In this document: piece by piece, positions 58,992 to 64,000 of the stretch
Numbering within the stretch: position 1 is the first letter of the stretch
Layout: each line of letters starts with the position of its first letter
From: Candidatus Bathyarchaeia archaeon
GTDB lineage: Archaea > Thermoproteota > Bathyarchaeia > Bathyarchaeales > Bathycorpusculaceae
NCBI GenBank assembly: GCA_038883775.1
Contig: JAVZLM010000005.1
Span: 64,001-128,000 of the forward strand
Direction of reading: 5' to 3'
Length of the DNA stretch: 64,000 bases
Position numbers and translations under genes: made by a program
Notes under the pieces: model-generated
Database searches by the model: none
What the model was told of the DNA's origin: nothing
Seen by the model: the letters and a program-made list of their open reading frames with translations, nothing else

Positions 58992-59606
58992 TTAAAGAAT
59001 TTTTGATAAAGTTTCAAGGTTGAAAATGGTGTTTGCACAGCCATTCTTTATCAGAGGAACGGCTTGACCAGCAATTCCCAAATAGTTTAATGCCTCACCG
59101 CTCAATCTTATTTCTTCGCCACAAGCAACTCCAACAACCCCATCATAATGATTATTTTTCAAAATTTTCTGAACACAAGAACCACCAGGCAATATGTAAA
59201 CGTCATAACCTTTTTTCTCGGCGAGAACCACTGCTCTGTTAATTAGGCAGTCTGGGGAACAATGCGCACAACTGTAAGAGGGAATATGGGGGTCAAAAGT
59301 TGCCTTACAACGATTATCCATATATTTCCTAGAACAATGTGGCAGAAAAAGAGCCCGTTTTCTCGTCTGCTCAAACCGTTTCCTTTCTAAAAGGTTTCTG
59401 GCTTGCATGTCTATAAGGTCTTGAAGAAGAAAAACAGCATCAGACAAGTTGAGACCCGTAATCTCCTGAATCCTAAACTTTTTAATGATATCCTGCATTG
59501 TTTTGCTAACCTTTTTATGAACACCCTTTTGAAATCCAACTCTAGCAACTTCGGTAAAGAAGAAACGAGGAACCCTTGAAAGGTCAAAGGTAAACTTGTA
59601 TGGCAT
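58992..59606 (-). CDS. DUF116 domain protein
   Basis: LFLPHC, CAHCSPDC, ILPGGS, VGVAC, GC. Confidence 0.85.
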   Translation of the reverse strand: MPYKFTFDLSRVPRFFFTEVARVGFQKGVHKKVSKTMQDIIKKFRIQEITGLNLSDAVFLLQDLIDMQARNLLERKRFEQTRKRALFLPHCSRKYMDNRCKATFDPHIPSYSCAHCSPDCLINRAVVLAEKKGYDVYILPGGSCVQKILKNNHYDGVVGVACGEEIRLSGEALNYLGIAGQAVPLIKNGCANTIFNLETLSKIL

Positions 59607-59693
59607 AAAGTATTCTATAAATAACAAACCTTTAAAATTAACTGTTGCTTATACTCATACTCTAAGACATTGAAACAAAAAGGAGGAAAAACG

Positions 59694-60101
59694 TTGGGCA
59701 TACTTGACAGATTTAGAAAGAAAAAAGAAGAACAAAAGAAAACGGATACAGAAACTGTAAAGACAATAACTGAACTTGAACAAATCTGCGAAGACGACAA
59801 AGAAACATATGAAGCATTACACAATACCATGTTCCTTGATCCTACAAAGATAACAACATCCATGAAAGAAGCAGCTGAAAACGCCAAAAAATTTGAGAAA
59901 GAAAAAGATTTTGTCAGAGCCAAAGCATGGTATGAGATTGCAGGCGGCTTAGCCATCTATGAAGGAAACGTGAAAAAAGTTGTTGAATATTTTAGTGAAT
60001 GCCAAAAACTCTCTCCAAATACAGAATATCTAATCTTGAAAAATCCGGAGAAGGCTGTAGCTAAGGCTCAAGAATATTATAAAAAATATTTGAAAGCTTA
60101 A
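59694..60101 (+). CDS. Hypothetical helical (TPR-like) protein
   Basis: AKAWYEIAGGLAIYEG..VVEYF; GGAGG RBS before TTG. Confidence 0.65.
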   Translation: MGILDRFRKKKEEQKKTDTETVKTITELEQICEDDKETYEALHNTMFLDPTKITTSMKEAAENAKKFEKEKDFVRAKAWYEIAGGLAIYEGNVKKVVEYFSECQKLSPNTEYLILKNPEKAVAKAQEYYKKYLKA

Positions 60102-60114
60102 GCAAGTATCACTG

Positions 60115-60546
60115 TTATTTTTCTGTTTCTTCCGAATAGCCCAAAAGCTCTCTTAGAGATTTTACTTCTTCCCGGAGCATGTGTACTTCACTTTCAAGAG
60201 CGTTAACCCTTGATTCCGCAACCTTCTTTAATTTTTCAATTTCAACCATCAAATTTGCCCGTTCCGTCTCCAGAGTCTTTATTTTTTCACGGAGATTCTT
60301 TAAAGTCTGCATAAGTTCTCCCTTTATACCCTTAATTCTTTCAACCATATTTTTAATACTTACTCTCTCCTCAACCCTTGCCTCAGCGGTTAAAGCAGAC
60401 CTAAATCTGGCTTTACAATTTGGACATTCAAATATTCCTATAACAAGCCCAGTCTCTTCACCCTTCCCCAACGGTTTCTTAGGAGAAACCATCCAAGTTT
60501 TAGTTGGTGCGGCCACTTCAACACCACATCTTGGACACTTAACCAA
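60115..60546 (-). CDS. Cren7-like zinc-ribbon protein fused to a leucine-zipper coiled coil
   Basis: VKCPRCG..PTKTWMVSPK..GLVIGIFECPNCKARFR followed by long heptads. Confidence 0.72.
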   Translation of the reverse strand: MVKCPRCGVEVAAPTKTWMVSPKKPLGKGEETGLVIGIFECPNCKARFRSALTAEARVEERVSIKNMVERIKGIKGELMQTLKNLREKIKTLETERANLMVEIEKLKKVAESRVNALESEVHMLREEVKSLRELLGYSEETEK

Positions 60547-60657
60547 CCATAAACCCCCATAATAATTATCATTTAAAGTTAAAATGTGTTTTGCATTCAA
60601 ATGAGGATAAATTATTAATTGCAAACTTGAATAAAATGAAAAAGGGAGTGAAGGGTT

Positions 60658-60951
60658 ATGAAGGCTGTGGAAATGAAAACGAAATTGGAAGAAAGAATTA
60701 GGGCTTTAGAAAAGGAGAAAAGTATGCTTTTGGAGGAGATAGGGCAGCTTAAAGAAATTGTGGAGTTAAGTGAGAAAGCAAAAGAGTTAGAGAACGAAGT
60801 AAACAAACTCAAAAAGGAAGCTAAAGCGTTAAAAGAAAGGATCCCACAAGAATTTCTCCAAGAACTCCGTGAGGTTACATCCCCTTTAGAGGGAGAAAAA
60901 GAAGAGGACAGCGAAGAATGTCCTAGCTGCGAGGAAGAAGAACTTCTTTAG
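60658..60951 (+). CDS. Coiled-coil protein with acidic CxxC tail
   Basis: Heptads LEERIRALEKEK...; tail EEDSEECPSCEEEELL. Confidence 0.7.
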   Translation: MKAVEMKTKLEERIRALEKEKSMLLEEIGQLKEIVELSEKAKELENEVNKLKKEAKALKERIPQEFLQELREVTSPLEGEKEEDSEECPSCEEEELL

Positions 60952-61003
60952 AAAAGCACTTGCGCAAGAGTTGAGTAGATGCATAGAAAAAAGAAGAGAA
61001 ATT

Positions 61004-61984
61004 TTAGATAGTTATTTGGAACATTAACCTTTCAACGAGTTCCTTGTAGCGGTTTCGAATGGTAACCTCTGTTACTTGCGCTATTTCAGCTATTTCCCTC
61101 TGCGTTTTTCTTTCGCCAGTTAACACAGAAGCGATATAACTTGCAGCAGCAGCAATGCCTGTAGGCCCGCGTCCAGAGGTTAGTTTAAGCTCCTTTGCCG
61201 CAGTTAAAATTTTGTGGGCAATTTCTTCAACCTTCCCCTGCATTGTCAACTGGTTTGAAAACTTTGTTATGTACTGGCTTGGCTTAAGCGGAGGTATGGA
61301 ATAGTCAAGTTCTTTGATTAGAAAGCGATAACTGCGACCAATCTCCTTCTTGTTAACGTTGGATGCTTGGGCTATCTCTTCCAGTGTTCTGGGCAATCCA
61401 CACTGCCTACAAGCCAAATAAATTGCTGCAGCGGTTACGCCTTGAATAGACCTTCCACGAATCAATCTCTCTTTAACGGCTTTTCTATAAATGACGGATG
61501 CTGTTTCAAGAATGTTTTTTGGAAGGCTAAGGTTTGTGGCAAACTTTGTTATTTCAGACAAGGCAAAGGCAAGGTTACGTTCCGTTGCGTCAGAAACCCT
61601 TATGCGACGCTGCCATTTTCTAAGCCTATAAACCTGCGCCTTTTGTCCTGGAGATAAACTTTTTCCATAAATGTCACGGTCATGCCAATCAATCATTGTT
61701 GACAAGCCTTTGTCATGTATTGTATAGGTTAAGGGTGCGCCAACCCTTGTTCTTTTGGCTCTTTGCTCATCGTCGAAAGCTCGCCATTCCGGTCCTCTAT
61801 CCGCTATTTTTGCGGCTACCACAAAACCGCAGTCCATACAAACTATTTCGGCGCATTCATAATCTCGCATAAGCCTTGTGCTTCCACATTCTGGGCAACG
61901 TTGAACCTTCGCTGGCTCAACATGCTGTAGTGGTAATGCAAGGTCAGAATCATCCTGCCCTTCACTATCATGGCTCAATTTCAT
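61004..61984 (-). CDS. tfb: Transcription initiation factor IIB
   Basis: CPECG..CMDCG, PEWRAF, HDKGLST, two cyclin repeats, [13 protein letters not shown]. Confidence 0.97.
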   Translation of the reverse strand: MKLSHDSEGQDDSDLALPLQHVEPAKVQRCPECGSTRLMRDYECAEIVCMDCGFVVAAKIADRGPEWRAFDDEQRAKRTRVGAPLTYTIHDKGLSTMIDWHDRDIYGKSLSPGQKAQVYRLRKWQRRIRVSDATERNLAFALSEITKFATNLSLPKNILETASVIYRKAVKERLIRGRSIQGVTAAAIYLACRQCGLPRTLEEIAQASNVNKKEIGRSYRFLIKELDYSIPPLKPSQYITKFSNQLTMQGKVEEIAHKILTAAKELKLTSGRGPTGIAAAASYIASVLTGERKTQREIAEIAQVTEVTIRNRYKELVERLMFQITI

Positions 61985-62226
61985 CTTCTCCTTTCTCCTC
62001 TTGAGGGGAAAACATACAATATCTTACCTGCCAATTTCTCAGCTTCTCGCAAAGTCGGCTTTACTGCTGCGTAAGGCGAGGAAACTGGACCGAAAATGTC
62101 GAAAACTTTTCCAAGAGGCGTTAAATTTTCGTCAATAACTGTTTCGCCGATTTTGGGAGTGTTTTCAATTTTTACTATAAGGTTTCGGCTTGAACTTAGG
62201 TGAAGAACTCGGCCTATTCTCTGCAA
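61981..62226 (-). CDS. gar1: H/ACA RNP protein Gar1
   Basis: [14 protein letters not shown]; upstream of tfb. Confidence 0.9.
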   Translation of the reverse strand: MQRIGRVLHLSSSRNLIVKIENTPKIGETVIDENLTPLGKVFDIFGPVSSPYAAVKPTLREAEKLAGKILYVFPSRGERRR

Positions 62227-62459
62227 ACTTTTAAATTCCCCTCACGGAAAAGCAGAATGGTTCAAACGAATCACCGTATTTAAACTTTTCTACAAGGATA
62301 TGCGTGACAGAAGCTATATAAACTGCTCATGTCTAAAACTGACTGCCGAACCGCGTGTCATAAATAACAATTGTTCTCTTCAATTGTCACCGTATACTCA
62401 CATTCATATGTGATAGTGCTATTTAGAATTTGGCGTCGTAAACAAAATTTTCAACGGCA

Positions 62460-63347
62460 TTAAACTGTTACGACTTCGTATTCTTCTTCGCTGTGCGGAC
62501 CAAGGCCCAACTCTACTGCGTGTTTAATTTGCCTTAAATTCCAAACATCTTTGTCTTCTAAACTATTGGCCGGGTAGCTCTGTAATATTTTCACACCTTC
62601 TACGTCTATGGCTACTTGATTGCCAGAAGCCAAAATCAAGTTAGGCTCCCGTAATTCGCCTTTTGCCGGTCCTCCATTGATGAAAACTTTTCTTGCATCC
62701 ATAATAATTAGATCTGGCTTTATTATTAGGCTTAGTTCTGCAAGTTTTTCGTGAAGATGTTTCATGTGAAACGTAATTTGGTCAAAGAAAGGTTTTACAA
62801 ATCCCATGGCAAGTTTTATTGCGCCAGTAAATTCAGCGGCGTGATGAGTTTTTATTAGTGGAGCGTAAACAATCTTCTTTATTTCCAAGGCTTCTTTGGC
62901 AACGGAAACCTTACGCAAAAATTGACCGCCCGGAACTTTAACACGTCTCCATCCGCTTCTGTCAAATAGCACTTGCCAACCATCTTTTCCGAAAACTTTA
63001 ACCTCAGCCCTAGCTTTCTCAGCAACCTTAATAATGCCTGCTTGCTCCAAAACCATGCGGCTGTGGAGAAATGCTGTCCTTTCGCCTACAATGACTTTTC
63101 CAGCCCCAGCCTCATATAGCAGTTCTATAATGGTCTTTAAGAACTCTGGGTCGCTTGAGCCTGGAAACGGATCCGCTGTATTATAGTTTGGTTTTAAAAG
63201 AATTGTGTCGCCTTTCTCAACAAGCTTATCGAGTCCTCCAATAAGTGAAACAGCATGTTCAACAGATTCCTTCAAGTTTCCATCATATGCAACCTCGCTT
63301 ACAAGTGGGCGCCCAGAACGCACAAAAAGGTTTTGTTTCATGAACAT
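62460..63347 (-). CDS. DUF362 domain protein
   Basis: LLKPN, KTH..FTGAIK, IMDA, GGP..G, VAID. Confidence 0.85.
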   Translation of the reverse strand: MFMKQNLFVRSGRPLVSEVAYDGNLKESVEHAVSLIGGLDKLVEKGDTILLKPNYNTADPFPGSSDPEFLKTIIELLYEAGAGKVIVGERTAFLHSRMVLEQAGIIKVAEKARAEVKVFGKDGWQVLFDRSGWRRVKVPGGQFLRKVSVAKEALEIKKIVYAPLIKTHHAAEFTGAIKLAMGFVKPFFDQITFHMKHLHEKLAELSLIIKPDLIIMDARKVFINGGPAKGELREPNLILASGNQVAIDVEGVKILQSYPANSLEDKDVWNLRQIKHAVELGLGPHSEEEYEVVTV

Positions 63348-63363
63348 TCACGATTTTCGCCAA

Positions 63364-63999
63364 TCAAAGCAGCCTAAATGTTTCCATTATTGCCGGTGCG
63401 AGCGCTTGGATTCCGCATCTTTTTTGGATGAAGTTGGCTACGCTTAGGCATTTTGCTCTTTCACCGTGGCAAACAATAACTCTTTCGGGTTTGGGCTTTA
63501 GGTTAGTTATGTAGTTGATTATTTGTCTTCGGTCTGAATGTCCAGAAAAGCCTTCAATGGATTCCACACGCAACCTAACCTTTACAACGTCCATTTTGCC
63601 TTCGCTGTTCATCATTGTGACTTCTGTTAAGCCCTTCTGTACACGCCTTCCTAAGGTGCCCTCAATTTGATAGCTAACAAAGATTATCGAGTTATTCTCG
63701 TTTTCAGCTAAGCTTTTGAAATATTCTATTACTGGACCGCCTTCAAGCATGCCAGAAGTTGCCATAATAATGCATGGCTCTCCATCTATAATGTCTTGTC
63801 TAACGTTTGGATGCTCAACGACCGTGAAATAATCTGATTGAAAGGGGTTAACTCCCTCATGTAATATGCTGTAGCGAACTTCCCTTCCCAAATATTCTGG
63901 ATAAGCCGTGTGGATGGCTGTAGCCTCAGAAATCATACCTTCAATAAAAACTGGCGCCTCCTTCATTAAACCTCGACGCATATAACCGTCAATAATAAG
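63364..63999 (-). CDS. Beta-CASP ribonuclease aCPSF1/FttA, C-terminal part (runs off the window)
   Basis: ATSGML.GGP, YQ.EGTLGRR, GFSGHSD, CHGE. Confidence 0.9.
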   Translation of the reverse strand, partial: LIIDGYMRRGLMKEAPVFIEGMISEATAIHTAYPEYLGREVRYSILHEGVNPFQSDYFTVVEHPNVRQDIIDGEPCIIMATSGMLEGGPVIEYFKSLAENENNSIIFVSYQIEGTLGRRVQKGLTEVTMMNSEGKMDVVKVRLRVESIEGFSGHSDRRQIINYITNLKPKPERVIVCHGERAKCLSVANFIQKRCGIQALAPAIMETFRLL

Positions 64000-64000
64000 C

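Noticed and set aside
935-63447. Many short ORFs in the track overlapping larger genes (e.g. 935-1177, 14487-14930, 37474-37941, 46979-47386)
   Set aside because: Antisense or alternate-frame shadows of well-supported genes, with no motifs; 46979-47386 is antisense to sucD and rpl40e
1-64000. CRISPR array, cas genes or rRNA
   Set aside because: No regularly spaced repeats, cas motifs or rRNA-like tracts were seen

Overview
Archaeal chromosome segment, most likely Bathyarchaeia (TACK), inferred from Alba, a Cren7-like protein, TiaS, an Ftr homologue, a NosD-type surface protein, TFB/Gar1 and aCPSF1. Most of the window is housekeeping: alaS, leuS, hisS, aspS, EF-2, rRNA/tRNA maturation genes, early purine genes, sucCD, rpl40e and two tRNAs, one with a non-canonical intron. 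Four things stand out. (1) An 11.3-kb cargo transposon (47504-58831) with perfect 19-bp terminal inverted repeats, a 6-bp target duplication and a single DDE transposase; it carries a restriction-modification system, further nucleases and unknown genes. (2) A CstA-centred module with two Get3/ArsA-like ATPases (one naturally D-to-N at the catalytic Asp), two paralogous small proteins and an apparent archaeal homologue of the eukaryotic PAT-complex subunit CCDC47. (3) A purine cluster covering every step from PRPP to AIR except GAR transformylase, with an Ftr-family formyltransferase in the operon as a candidate for that step. (4) A Cren7-like zinc ribbon fused to a leucine zipper, divergent from a zipper-only paralog. 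All family assignments are from motif recognition by eye; no searches were run.
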